63,481 nt of DNA, filler included, from Octopus bimaculoides (GCF_001194135.2; 3 parts of 3 records of this genome joined end to end with filler, not necessarily neighbours in it), one strand, 5' to 3'. Counted from the first letter of the whole stretch, positions 26,896-40,236 are shown. The notes: generated by a model not told the origin, from the sequence alone. Program-made: numbers and translations.

Positions 26896-27879
26896 ACAAA
26901 TACCGGAAAGGATTTTATCTGAGGCTTTAACTGTTATTCTAATTTTAAAACGAGTTATTCGAGACACATCTAAGAGAAATAGTACAGAATGCTATCATTG
27001 GAAAATATCTCATATAACAAACACACACACACACACGCGCGCGCACACGCGCACGCAATACATACACACACACACACACACACACACAACGTTTCGTATG
27101 GATGTATGTATACACAAACACACATATATATAACAGGATATCAAATTTCGTTTTAAACGCTACTTCAGCAGTATATTCTACATGATTAGCTGCCCTACAT
27201 TCTCTGCATTGCTAACTGATTTTGTCAAAGATTCTAGTATTTTATTTATACTAAACTCCTCTAGCTTTGCTTGTGTTTTACTTTGCAAAGATTTTCCCAG
27301 CAATTTCCAGTAGCAGAGGTTTCAATGAAAAACCAAAAGGCAACGTGACATGACTATCACGTTCAGATTTGTTCCAACTGAACATTTTGTGTTGTACCAT
27401 CTATGTATATAATATACTACTGGAATATGTTAGAATTACAAATTAATAAGCGTAATGTTTAGGATTTACTAAGTATGTTTATGTTGATTTATCTTCATTT
27501 TTTTTTTGCTGTCATTTAAAAATTTGCTTGTTTAATTTATCAGATTAAGAATTGTTTGAAATATTTCAATTTTTCCAGACTACGATTCCGAGGAAATAGA
27601 TTTACGCTACATTAATTAGCTGTTAAATCCATTAGAATTTATTTTCCTTCAAATTTTATTTATTTATACATTCAGATACAAATTTTAATGTTTCATGTGA
27701 ATTTGCTTATTCAGTTATATTTATAGTCTTTTTTTCTCATTGCAATCACATGAATTCCTGCTTCAGTTACTTATTTCAAATATAAATGTTTCCATTATTT
27801 GCTTGTATGTAATGTAATCGTGTATCGTTTATTTTGACCAAACCTGTCTATATTCAAACTAATTAATGATTGTAATGAT

Positions 27880-28295
27880 TGGTTTCGAAATTAACAAGAC
27901 TGTCGACAACCGTAAGGATTTCTAATGTAGATACAAGTCTACAAATTCTAAGGATATAGTAGATTCTATTTAACCGTCTCCTTTACTTAGCTGGTACTTA
28001 TTTTACTGACGTGAAAAGAGAGCAAAAATACGCGAGGAATTGATTCAACGTTATATGTTGGTATAGCTACTAAATAACGAAACATAATTATTGTCTGGTA
28101 CTCTACAGTTTGTTAATTTACTAAGAGTTTCATGAATACAAATGGGAACTTTAAGAGAGATAAAATCTTGAATTGATTTAAGGCGGCCAATTAACTGAGT
28201 CGCTAGAGCGTCTAGATTGTTTTGCAATAATCGTTTCGGTGAGTTTAAATCCTACCGAAATGAACTTTGCCTCACTCTTTCACCTTTCAACGAAA
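27880..28295. mobile_element. Two old SINE family A remnants (about 27880-28060 minus, 28181-28295 plus)
   Basis: ctggtacttatttta..gac..gaaaag and aaggcggcc..gagtttaaatcctaccgaa..actttgcc. Confidence 0.5.
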
Positions 28296-28379
28296 TTCCT
28301 GGAAAGCAGCCCTTACCTCCTCATCCCTATTTTCATTATTAATTTGATGAGGACATGGCCAAAGAAGTAAATGTTAGTC

Positions 28380-30440
28380 TTCACAACTATAATTCTTGTA
28401 CACCTCACTATCTCTTTGGCCATAGTCATCAGACAGATAAAAACTACTTGCCTTCTTCCTAAGCCAAAGGATGTTGGCGGGTTGTTATTTTCACAATGGA
28501 CTCATCCGATTACGAATACGTCCTACTTGTGGCAGCGGCTGGCCGACTTAACTCCATGAATCATCAATGCTCAGGTAATAGTCGAGTGCGTGCAGAACGG
28601 TTTCGTTATTTTGATCGCATCACAGTCGGGCCTGAATGACGGCACTAGAGTATGCTTCTAGAGTTTACATCGAATGATCAATACTTCCCAGAAGTACTGC
28701 TACGCCAGGATGCCATGAAAATTATATGCTCTGGACTGAATGTCTTTTAGGACAGATTTGCCATTTGTTTTCGGTATCTCCCAGATTTTCCGGCCACTAT
28801 TCTTTTATAGAAGAAAATTTGACGATTTCTGCCGTCCGCATTGCCCCATTGTGGAGATCTGTAAGCGTTTGAGATTCAAGATTCAAAGCACCATGTTTCA
28901 GTTTCTGAATGTTCCAGGATTGTAGCTCTGTTAAATTGTCGAGCAAGGGAAACGGTGTCTGATAATTACAATATGTCCTGCCCAGGAAAGTAGCAAGCAT
29001 TTAAAGCAGATGGACCGTCTAAATAGAGGAACGTATCTCTACCATATGAAGGGAAAGACGAAACACTCAAGTCTGAGAGAGGTAAATCGGGGCAAGGCAT
29101 GAAGTTCAAGCAGCAATAGATAACGAAGCCACTGTAGGACTTCATCACCTCTGTGCGATCTTTGAATGATAACTTCCTTTCAACCCTTTCATGAATGACA
29201 ATGACCACACTGTTTATTGGCTCATATCATTCACTGTTCTTCTAAACATTCGCACCAAAAGAAGCCCCAAGCCACCCATCTGTGCATCGCTCCTTCACGC
29301 TGTTGTACAACATGGAACTGCCACTCCAAATATTTCACTGTGGGTCAAATGATTTACATTATTGACTTTAGCTTGTATCATCGTCCTGTGCTGTGACAGA
29401 GTGGTGCCTGTTACATCATATATGCTTGTTGCCCGACGCTATTCCCATCATGCCGTCTGCATATGCTAACAAGGACCTTCCATATGCTAGTTCACGCGTG
29501 CTGCGCCTCAGTCTCTAATTTCTGCATTCTTGACTCAAGAGCCAGTGCATACACAAGAGAATGGGGAGACAGCATTAATGAGCTGAGTGCATAATAACGA
29601 AAGTTTTTGGATGGGTACTCATTTAATTTGACTACCGAGCAGACGTCGCTGTAGCTTCATGAGACTGTCAAGGATAAATTTGTTCGAGACAGAGCCTTTC
29701 CATGCATTACTGAACACATCATGCATGACAAGACGCCAACGTCTTTTTAGACATCATGGAGTAATTTTTGAATTCAGCGCTTTGCAGTGTTCTGGACTGA
29801 AAACATTGTTCAGGTTTTTCTCAGCAAACCCTCCACACTCCGACTTACAAGAATGGGAATACTCCGGTTTTGTTACTTGTTGCCGCACACATCATCTACC
29901 AACATGTCGCTGAACAAATGTTGCAGATAAACGAACAACTGGAAGAAAATACCTTCAAATCAGGAGATTTCACTTTGTGCTGCTTCCCATGGATTTCGGT
30001 GGCCGTTATCGGCGTTTTGAAACACTCTGTCTCCGCTGCCAATAATTGCGGCAGAACATCAAGATAGCCCATCCCCCGATTCAATGCACAATTATTATTG
30101 AACTGCCAAATGAATTGCCATTGGGAAGACGCACACATCTACTTGAACTCTAGAAGCACGTAATCATAATAATCTACCAAATACCGAATTGCGACCTTGT
30201 CCCTTCAAATGACTCCTTTATTCATATCTTAGAGAACACGTTTTATCTCTGATCAAACCGCGGTTACGCTTCACGTTGAAGAATTGGTCCTGGACCAATC
30301 TTTCCGCAAAAAACATCGGCTGTATTGCCTTTCCTGAGCGCTCTTTCGTTGTTTCCTACTTAGATTCTCTCCAATCTTGTTTTCTGTGATAACTTCCCTA
30401 CCAAACCTTATCGATTTTACTCTAGTCTCCTTTTCAAAGC
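28380..30440 (-). mobile_element. Decayed L1/Tx1-clade LINE ORF2 (RT region)
   Basis: YLDVLPQLLAAETECFKTPITATEI..KSPD; SLVYALALESRMQKLE (cf. PLLYVLALEPLLRKL); LLAYADG (cf. YADD); many stops and frameshifts. Confidence 0.75.
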
Positions 30441-30520
30441 AATAATAATAGTTTCTTATTCAGGCAAGAAACCGTCAAGCTTGAAGAGATTGATAGATGG
30501 ATAGAGTGATATATATATAT

Positions 30521-30620
30521 NNNNNNNNNNNNNNNNNNNNNNNNNNNNNNNNNNNNNNNNNNNNTTAATTAATTAANNNNNNNNNNNNNNNNNNNNNNNN
30601 NNNNNNNNNNNNNNNNNNNN
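30521..30620. other. Synthetic 100-bp scaffold spacer N44-TTAATTAATTAA-N44
   Basis: Exact structure, repeated at 38083-38182; the 12-mer palindrome puts TAA in all six frames. Confidence 0.9.
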
Positions 30621-31188
30621 AAGAACTGATTATCAAATATTCTTTTAGGATTGTTACTACCTACAACCTACTACCGAGCCGTCACAAGAGTAGAAAAGAG
30701 ACAGACAGACAGACAGACAGAAAAGGGAAAATGTCCCTTGTATGTGAAAACTATAGAAATATTTTTTAAAAACATTTCATTTTATTTTTGCACAATTTAA
30801 TTGTCTTTCATGCCCTACTCTAAGCTGATAAAGTTGCAAAGAGTGAAACCGGTACTAAAATGTTCCTCGTGATAGAAGTTATTTTAGCATTTTCTACCTT
30901 GTCGTATTTTCCTTTTACATATCAACTCGTGTGTTCCTTTTCAACTTTCTACATATATATATATATATATCGTGTTTCCATTATACTGAAGGAAATAGCG
31001 AGGGTAGTATGTTATGTGGTGGGTTTAATGGTATGGTCCATGTAACAGGGGTCAGAATTTAGAGGCTGGCCGCTATTTAATAGATATATCATTATGAAAG
31101 GAGTTGGTAGAGATAACTTAAATTGAATCTGTTAAGAGAAAATTAATACATAAGTGAATTAATGAAAGAAAAATTGCGTAATATATAC

Positions 31189-31242
<54 letters not shown>

Positions 31243-31583
31243 NNNNNNNNNNNNNNNNNNNNNNNNNNNNNNNNNNNNNNNNNNNNNNNNNNNNNNNNNN
31301 NNNNNNNNNNNNNNNNNNNNNNNNNNNNNNNNNNNNNNNNNNNNNNNNNNNNNNNNNNNNNNNNNNNNNNNNNNNNNNNNNNNNNNNNNNNNNNNNNNNN
31401 NNNNNNNNNNNNNNNNNNNNNNNNNNNNNNNNNNNNNNNNNNNNNNNNNNNNNNNNNNNNNNNNNNNNNNNNNNNNNNNNNNNNNNNNNNNNNNNNNNNN
31501 NNNNNNNNNNNNNNNNNNNNNNNNNNNNNNNNNNNNNNNNNNNNNNNNNNNNNNNNNNNNNNNNNNNNTATATATATATTATA

Positions 31584-31950
31584 GCGGAAGTGGCTGTGTA
31601 GTAAGTAGTTTACTTACAAACCACATGGTCCCGGGTTCAATCCCACAACGTGACACCTTCGGCAAGTGCCTTCTACGATAGCCTCGGACTGACCATAGCC
31701 TTGTGAGTGGATTTGGTAGACGGAAACTGAAAGACGCCTGTCGTATATATGTGTGTATGTTTGTGTGCGTATGTTTGTCCCCTTAACATCGCTTGACAAC
31801 CGATGCTGGTGTATTTATGACCCCGTTACATAGTGGATCGGAAAAAGAGACCGAAAGAATAAGTACTAGGCTTACAAAGAATACTCCTGGGGTCAACTTC
31901 CTCTACTAAAGGCAGTGCTCCAGCATGGCCGCAGTCGAATGACTGAAAGA
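31584..31950 (+). mobile_element. SINE family B, near full length
   Basis: A-box-like gtggctgtgtagtaag, B-box ggttcaatccc, CORE-like caccttcggcaagtgcc, tail ctccagcatggccgcagtc. Confidence 0.9.
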
Positions 31951-32245
31951 ATACTTCATAACCCATTCCAGCGTTGGTTTATGTAAGTTTTGACACTTCT
32001 AATAACACCGCTTATATTACTATGCAGTTCATTCACTCCCCTTCATACATACATACATACATACATACATACGTATATACACACACAGATATATGTATGT
32101 ATGCCCATTCATATGCCTATAATCATTAAAATTATCACACATGACACAACCAAAGACAAAAGACAAAATATGACAAAACGTGTGTGTGTGAGAGAGAGTG
32201 TGTGTGTGTATGTGTGCGCGTGCGCATATTTATATGCATGTATAT

Positions 32246-32288
<43 letters not shown>

Positions 32289-32631
32289 TATACATATAGG
32301 GTGCTATATATATTTGTGTGTATATATATATATATATATAGTGGAAACAGGCCAGCTTATTGTATCAAAACATGTAAATGATATACGCATGCAAGAACTA
32401 AATGAGATATGGGTAGCGAACCTTCAAGTAGTATCTAAAGTACTGTCGACCTACAATGAGATTTTTAAAAAGTGGGAAAAGGCTGCTACTTGTATAAAAG
32501 AAGAAAAAAAATGGGTTCTTTAAAAGTTTGTTCGTTTCACTGATTGAAGATTAAGTTTGCTGGAGTTAAAAACATTTTATGTAACTTAAAATATAATATC
32601 GCTTACATTTTTCCTGCGGAGACGTTCTAAG

Positions 32632-32666
<35 letters not shown>

Positions 32667-33019
32667 TGTGTGTATGATAGGGTGATAGTGGACACCTACT
32701 GTATCATTTCACTTTCAGTAACGGGCAACTCATAACGTGCCTCAGTTATAACCACATCATTATTCAATAAAAGGAATGGCGAAATAGCATTTATAATCTC
32801 TTAATAATAAAGATAGTATGTGATTTCTAATATCAAGGCAGATACCTTTACAATATACATGCATACAAGTGTCTGTGTAGTGGGGTTGTGCAGTATGAAG
32901 TTCAACAAAAATTTAATTATAAACACTCGTGCTCCTCACCTAATATATTTAAGATCTCACTTCCTAAAATTGGCGTATAATCACGTCTTTCTTTATCTGG
33001 AGAAATATTTGAAAAGGCA

Positions 33020-33480
33020 CCTCCAATAGGGGCTCCCTATCGATAACAAAGAAACATTTCCCCAGAGGTCATAAGTATTACAAACTCTTCAACACCCATA
33101 ATGTGAAGGTAAGTTACTCTTGCTTAGACAACATCACATCTAACATATTACGCATCAACAGACGTAAAAATACACTCACACAACCCTCAACATGCAAATC
33201 CGAAACCCTACGACCTGCCCTCTAGGAGCATCCTGCTTCTCAAGGACTATAGTATACAGAGCCACCTTTACTCCATCCGATGGCATTACTAGGTACTATA
33301 CGAGCATGACAGCCAATGACTTCAAGGGAAAGTATTCCCAGCGCTTTCATTCGTTTAAATCCAAGGACAGATAGAGCTCCACTTCCTTTTTGCACTTTCT
33401 CTGGAGACCCCGTGACCTCCGAGACGAAACACTTAGCATCAAGTGGACTATTATCGACAGGGTGCCATCATATTCACCCG
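33020..33480 (+). mobile_element. Penelope-like element fragment (linker plus GIY-YIG endonuclease)
   Basis: KKHFPRGHKYYKLFNTHNVKVSYSCLDNI; RNPTTCPLGASCFSRTIVYRAT..RYYTSMTANDFKGKY; SIKWTIIDRVPSYSP. Confidence 0.85.
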
Positions 33481-33494
33481 TATATATATATATA

Positions 33495-34060
33495 TTACTA
33501 GAAGCTAAGCCCGGTTTCACCCGGTCGGTTTGAATGATGTGGCTGTAAAACCTGTCCTGTGTAAACATTCGTCTTATTTGGGCACGCTTACTTTAAAAAA
33601 CAATGTTAGAGTGACTTTTTCTGTCAAAACGCTAAAAATAACTGACCGACAAAAAAAAACAACCAAGATTCAAGCAAATTAAAAAATAAACCCAAATACT
33701 AAGCGAACCAAGATGAACCATCCCACTTCCATTGCGCACGCACACGCACGTACACACAAATACAAACATACATTCACATATCCCCCTTTTACATGCACAC
33801 GCATATATTCAGACAGAGTTGAAACGCTCACCCCTTCCTTCCTTATTCATCTATCACCCCTTCCTTCTCATTCATAAACACAAGAGTATTATTATAGTAG
33901 ATTATTCGGTAACCATGGGAGCTAGGAAATATTACAAAGCCCAGAATCACCACCGGATCATTCTACACATCTGTGTAATTTCTCGCACAGTTCCACCAGC
34001 CGTTTGACCGTGAATCCCAAGACAAGAAAGAATCGCTCATGTCAAATTTATATGTATAGA
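33495..34060. mobile_element. Non-autonomous Helitron/Helentron-like element
   Basis: Starts ACTAG..CCCGGTTTCACCCGG, has cagccgtttgaccgtg near the other end and finishes atttatatgtatagat, as in invertebrate non-autonomous rolling-circle elements (recall). Confidence 0.5.
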
Positions 34061-35261
34061 TTTATATTTTCAAATGATTCAACGCCACGCATCCTCACCC
34101 AAGTAGGTTTTATCCTAATAATTCTGATGCGCACTCTATACGATCTTTTTACTCTTCCGTTTTTCTCTTTTTTTCTCTCTCTTATTCATTTACCTCCTCT
34201 TCTCCCACTACTCTATGCTATTACTCTGTCACTTTCTCTCCCTCACTCTTCCTCCCTTGCTCAAGTGGCTCCCATGTAACCATCGGCCATCTTTCTTTCT
34301 CTCTGTTGTAGCTGGAACAGGGAAGACGTGTTCTTGTTTGTCTCCTGTCCTAGCTAGATTTACGCGTTCGCCACCACAACCTAGTTTAGGCTTAGCAACC
34401 CTTCCTGGTTGTTTTCACTGTCCTGTTTGTGTTATCAATTTTGACCCTCCACAAAATCCCAAATTTCATTTAATTTTCTTTGCGGGAGCAACTGTTTTAT
34501 TGAAAGCGTTCATTGTTGTTAAATGCTCGAAATACGAGACTAGAAAAACATTCAACAACTGATGAAAGGTCATTCTTTATGGGTTTTTTTTTTGGGGGGG
34601 GGGTCCTTTTGTGTCTTTCGTTGCTCGAAAAAATAGTTCATGTTCCATGTACTTGCGCTTCGAACTTTTTTGTTGTACACGNNNNNNNNNNNNNNNNNNN
34701 NNNNNNNNNNNNNNNNNNNNNNNNNNNNNNNNNNNNNNNNNNNNNNNNNNNNNNNNNNNNNNNNNNNNNNNNNNNNNNNNNNNNNNNNNNNNNNNNNNNN
34801 NNNNNNNNNNNNNNNNNNNNNNNNNNNNNNNNNNNNNNNNNNNNNNNNNNNNNNNNNNNNNNNNNNNNNNNNNNNNNNNNNNNNNNNNNNNNNNNNNNNN
34901 NNNNNNNNNNNNNNNNNNNNNNNNNNNNNNNNNNNNNNNNNNNNNNNNNNNNNNNNNNNNNNNNNNNNNNNNNNNNNNNNNNNNNNNNNNNNNNNNNNNN
35001 NNNNNNNNNNNNNNNNNNNNNNNNNNNNNNNNNNNNNNNNNNNNNNNNNNNNNNNNNNNNNNNNNNNNNNNNATATATATATATATATATACATAGATAC
35101 GTACGAACGTATGTATATATGTGTGTCTGTGTGTATGTATGTATGTATGTATGCATACATGCATGCATGCATGCATCTATGTAAATTTTAAGCAGTTAAA
35201 TCTCCAGATATTCTCTGTGCATTTTCAACCTCATATCTTTGGTATAAGCGTGCGTATATAT

Positions 35262-35262
35262 T

Positions 35263-35328
<66 letters not shown>
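35262..35328. repeat. (GATA)n microsatellite
   Basis: Read directly. Confidence 0.95.
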
Positions 35329-35329
<1 letters not shown>

Positions 35330-35652
35330 GCGCAGGTGTAGCTGTTTCCAGCAACATGATTCTGGGTTCAATCTCACTGTGTGGTACCTTGGGTAAATGC
35401 CTATTACTATAGTCTCGGGTTAACCAAAGCCTTGTGAGAGGATTTGGTATGCAGAAACTGAAAGAAGCCCGTTTGTGTCTTTGGCTTTGTGTTTGCCACC
35501 CATCACCGGTTGACAACAAGTGTTGGTGTGTTATTGCTCCTGTAACTTGGTGTGTTATTACCAGAGTGGCCGATGTGATAGTTACCAGGCTAAAATTCTT
35601 AAAGGCGGAACCACATCATGACCGAAAACTAATGACTGAATCAAGTAAAAGG
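35329..35652 (+). mobile_element. SINE family B
   Basis: gcaggtgtagctg..gggttcaatctcactgtgtggtaccttgggtaaatgcc..gccttgtgag. Confidence 0.85.
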
Positions 35653-36758
35653 TAAAAAATATATTTAAAAGACACGTATTCAGACTGTTAAACAGTGTAC
35701 TCAAACTCGGAGCTTTGTGGTTGCAAAGCGGACACTTTAACTGATGAAACCAAACAACTGCGACTCTAAACTTGTTGAATGAATATCAATAGCGCCAGCC
35801 TTTTTGCCTTTGGGCCAGAAACTTATCGACTTCTGTCGAATTCGGGTTGATAGTAGAAAGACTCTATGATCAACCACACACCACCACACCAACACACCTG
35901 TATCACTAAACACGACTGCTTACATTTTATTATAGAGCTGTCGAGATTTCTGGATTCTTTTTTTTCTTTTTTTTTTCTTTTGTCACAACTGAACATGAAT
36001 GAGAGAATATTTGCCTATTTATTTTCTTCTAGTTTATCCACTTAGTTGGATGTTTTGCAATGTTTGTTACTAACTGCTACGACGACAAGCTTATGAAAAG
36101 CATGCAGGCATCGGCTGAATTTTAATCTGGTCTGTTCATATATACGATACACATAAAATCTATTTTTCTTTTTCACTACATATTTTGGCTATTATCTCGT
36201 TGAGAAGATTCGCTCTTACTACGTAATTATGAAGTCTTTTGTTTCTCTCTTTTTTACACTTGGATTTTTCAGATATCTATTGTCCCTATCACGTTTTTGT
36301 CCCATCTCTTGAGGGTCTATATGCGCACTTGTTTCGTTTCTCTTGTATCTTGTAGTTTGGCTTTGATCTCGTTTGTTAAGCTTTTGACCTTTCGTGTTCT
36401 ATTTAAATGCGCGTTGTGTATATTAGTGTATGTGAATGTGTTTTATAAATTCATCTAAGTATGCATATACGTAACTGTATGTGCTGCATCTGTGCATGAG
36501 TGAAGTTATATGTCAGAGCGTATGTCTATGCATACGTATCTATTAACGTATGTGTGTGTTGTGTCTTTGTCTACGTATAATACACACGCTTCATCATGTA
36601 TATTGTAATATGAATATATATATATTCACACATATGTATATGTATATATGTATCTATATATATGTATATATATGTATGTATATACATGTAGATATATATG
36701 TATATATATATGTAAATATATATGTGCATATATTTGTATATATAAATATATATATATG

Positions 36759-36812
<54 letters not shown>

Positions 36813-36861
36813 NNNNNNNNNNATATATATATGTATATATGTATATAATTATGTAAATATG

Positions 36862-36893
<32 letters not shown>

Positions 36894-36979
36894 TGCATAT
36901 ATATATGTATACATATATATATATGTATGTATACGTATGTATGTATTTATATAAATAGGTGTATATATAAAGGTGTATG

Positions 36980-37017
<38 letters not shown>

Positions 37018-37680
37018 TATATATATATATGAACCTATGTATTTACACGTGTATGTACATAACGTGCTATTGTTTAATTCTTGTTTTCTCTTGTATAAAA
37101 GGTTCGCGTTGATGCCTCATTCAGCATGAACTTTGCTGTTACTGATATGTGTTAGCATGCTGGTGTATTTAAAATGACTATTGTTACTGATCCTTTTATA
37201 TAATTGTCTTATCTGTGGGAGGACCCAGTTCACCACACATGTGCCGCGAGAAGCTTTGGAACATACTCAGACACCGAATCACATGCAAATTCGATACGGT
37301 AACGAACCCCTCCACAAGTTTATTCGGTCGCCTAGAAATAGAAATCATATCGCCATCAAATCACGCCCTACTCTCATGAAAACAAAAGGAAAGAGAAAAC
37401 CTTGCAAATCGTATTCTGACCAAAATTAGGCGAGACGGTTATTGCTAGAACTACTTGATTGTCAATCTGTTGTCAATGATGTCTTGAGATTAAAGAAATA
37501 ACAGCAAATATTATTTGTGGGGGATAAACATCTTATTTAACCACAGTAAAACATTCATAGCATAATTTAAAAGGGGAAAGCGACTGGAATAGAAAACACT
37601 TATTCTTAATAAAAAATTAAAAAAATTACCTCATTAATATACTGACTTCTACTGGCTCAGTCATACACACACACGCACAC

Positions 37681-37718
<38 letters not shown>

Positions 37719-37734
37719 ACACACACATGTATAT

Positions 37735-37943
37735 CTTTTACCTTTTATCTCTTACTTGTTTCAGTCGTTAGACTGCAGCCATTCAAGGGCACCGCTTTGA
37801 ATTTTTAGTCGAATGAATCGAACCCAGTACTTATTTTTTGAGCCTAGAACTCATTCTATCGGTGTCTTTGGCCGAAGCGCTAGGTCACGGGAACGCAAAC
37901 ACACCAACACAGCAGTGTGGGGGGGGGGTCAAACACAGAAGAA

Positions 37944-37981
<38 letters not shown>

Positions 37982-38050
37982 GACACAGTGGGACTGAACC
38001 CGGAACCATATGCTTGGAAATCAAGCTTCTTACCTCACAGCCACGCCTGT
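37735..38050 (-). mobile_element. SINE family B, reverse orientation, internally deleted
   Basis: Reverse complement of head (gggactgaacccggaacc..cttcttacctcacagccacgcctg) and tail (ttgtttcagtc..gactgcagccat). Confidence 0.85.
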
Positions 38051-38082
38051 GCCTATACATATATATATATATGTAAATATAT

Positions 38083-38182
38083 NNNNNNNNNNNNNNNNNN
38101 NNNNNNNNNNNNNNNNNNNNNNNNNNTTAATTAATTAANNNNNNNNNNNNNNNNNNNNNNNNNNNNNNNNNNNNNNNNNNNN
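38083..38182. other. Second synthetic 100-bp scaffold spacer
   Basis: N44-TTAATTAATTAA-N44. Confidence 0.9.
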
Positions 38183-38284
38183 TATTATATATATATATAT
38201 ATATAAACAATATATGAGTATATGCATATATATGTACATGTATGTATATACGTTCATCTACATGTACATATAGATACATAACTG

Positions 38285-38405
38285 GGTACATGACGTGGCA
38301 AAAGAACAAGGACAAAATGGTAAACAAGGTGCAACAAACAAGCAGGCCACATAGAAACATCCCCTTCATCAGCTGCCACCATTAAAACTCCAGCGTTTCG
38401 AAGAA
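38285..38405. mobile_element. Interspersed repeat, possibly a Penelope-like terminal piece; reverse copy near 61130-61240
   Basis: gccacatag..acat..ccttcatcagct..cc...tt.aa shared with the 61.2 kb reverse copy; the PLE assignment is inference. Confidence 0.5.
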
Positions 38406-38599
38406 TTATATATATATATGTATATGTATGTATGTATGTATGTATATGCATATATTAATATTATCTTGGTTGAAAAACTTCGATAAGGCAAATATGTTAA
38501 TAGTTACCAGGGTAGCAAAAGTCTCACAGAAACTGGGATATTATACCTGGTTAAGGGGTACAAATTCCATGTTAAAGTGATGTATTTGAGTTGATATAA

Positions 38600-38905
38600 A
38601 GAATAACAATAAATGGAGCAAAACGCATATAATCAATAAGTTCCTTTAATTCCTACACACGTTTCAAAAATATATGCACTCTACTCCAAAGGAATAAGAG
38701 ATGGTGGTTTATACATATAATTTTATCTTCAGGGAACCATATTACAAATGCAAGACTTGTGCTGAATGCATTCCTTGAAGATAAAATTATATGTATAAAC
38801 CAGCATCTCTTATTCCTTTGGAGTAGAATGCATATAATCTTTGAAACTTGTGTAGGAATTAAAGGAACTTATTGATTATATGCGTTTTGCTCTATTTATT
38901 ATTAT

Positions 38906-38908
<3 letters not shown>
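38600..38908. repeat. Long inverted repeat: arms 38600-38736 and 38771-38908, 34-nt loop
   Basis: Hand alignment shows about 137 bp with roughly 8 differences. Confidence 0.95.
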
Positions 38909-38952
<44 letters not shown>

Positions 38953-38977
38953 GTATGTATGTATATATATATATATA

Positions 38978-39063
38978 CAGTACAGTACTATTTCTGCTTC
39001 GCGGATTTTCACTTATCGCAGGGGTTTTGGAACATAACGCTTGCGATAGTCGAGGGATTACTG
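38978..39063 (-). mobile_element. Tigger/pogo-like transposon end fragment
   Basis: Minus strand TA|CAGTAATCCCTCGACTATCGC..TTCCAAAACCCCTGCGATAAGTGAAAATCCGCGAAG. Confidence 0.5.
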
Positions 39064-40236
39064 TACTCGGATACGAGATATAACCGGCGACGACATACGC
39101 ACACCCACATATATTTTAACCCTTCTGTGTCTATTCTCATAGCCTGTATATATTAAGTTTACGCATCATAATTTTTTTGTCATATCCTTTTAATAACATT
39201 CACATTTCTAACCTCTTTACAATTCTGTCCCCTTTTACAACTTCAATAACAGATTCTTTGCCATATTTCCCCGTGTTAATATATGCAGTTATTTTCTAAC
39301 CCTTTTGTTCAAATTTTCCCTGCCTTTCAACATAATCTTTCTTATTTTTTTTTATTGACTTTACTACTTTTCCTCTGTACATGTACCTGTTTTATGTTAA
39401 ACAGCTTTTTTCCTTACGGTCTTTATAACAGCCGTTTTCATGTTCCCTTTTTATATCCTTTTATAATTATCTCTCCCTTTTGCTACGCCACCTTTTCCAG
39501 CAATCACATACTTTATATATATATATTTCTTGACCATTCAGTTCTCCTACCCATTCACGTGTTTTCATGCTCAACTGGGTTGTTTTTCTTCTTCAGATAT
39601 TTACCTAACTTTTTATCTGTTTGTTTTTTCTATTTATTTTTCACCTTTATGTACATTGCAACTTTTCTTCTAAATTTGTACCTGAGTTCTGCCTCCACCG
39701 TTTCTTATCACCTTTACCATATTCACATCCCACGCATCCTCACTCGCTCCAAGCCAATCAACTGCATCCCACACTACTCAAAACTCCACCCCTATGTCCA
39801 TCTTCTTACATAAATACTCTCCTTTATATGCGCACAGCTCCCCACCTTTTCTTCTCTTCTTAACACCTCATAAAACTGCATTCTCATCCAGCCCTTAACG
39901 TTTTTCTCTTCCCTCCATCCCACAACATCTCTCTCCTTTCTTTCTTTTCTTCTTTTATCTTGGACTCTATATCCAAAACCTCAAACCCCTTTCCCCCCCC
40001 TTTTTANNNNNNNNNNNNNNNNNNNNNNNNNNNNNNNNNNNNNNNNNNNNNNNNNNNNNNNNNNNNNNNNNNNNNCCCCCCCCCCTTTGTTTTTTGAAGC
40101 GTGAAATTAATACAACCTTTGTGAAAATTTGTCTTTCATGTGTTTTTGTTATTTTAGCTGGTTCATCGTATATGTGTTTTTGTGCGCGCGCGCGTGTGTA
40201 AATTTACAAATAAATAGATATTCGTATATATATCCA

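Noticed and set aside
28317-28326. Minus-strand 10-nt microexon GGATGAGGAG with donor gtaagg
   Set aside because: Purine-rich acceptor, located between the L1 3' end and a SINE remnant
31584-31660. tRNA-like A/B boxes here and at other SINE heads
   Set aside because: They continue into shared SINE bodies and give no complete cloverleaf, so they are not tRNA genes
33109-33114. Perfect donor AAG|gtaagt suggesting a host exon
   Set aside because: It falls inside Penelope coding sequence (NVKVSYSC)
34300-34340. AGTGKT P-loop-like motif near the Helitron-like element
   Set aside because: Isolated six-residue match in low-complexity flank, with no other helicase motifs
38340-38410. CTGATGA and GAAA cores suggesting a Penelope-associated hammerhead ribozyme (also 61171 and 34560)
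   Set aside because: Stems I-III could not be built by hand. An Infernal/RNAMotif search could overturn this
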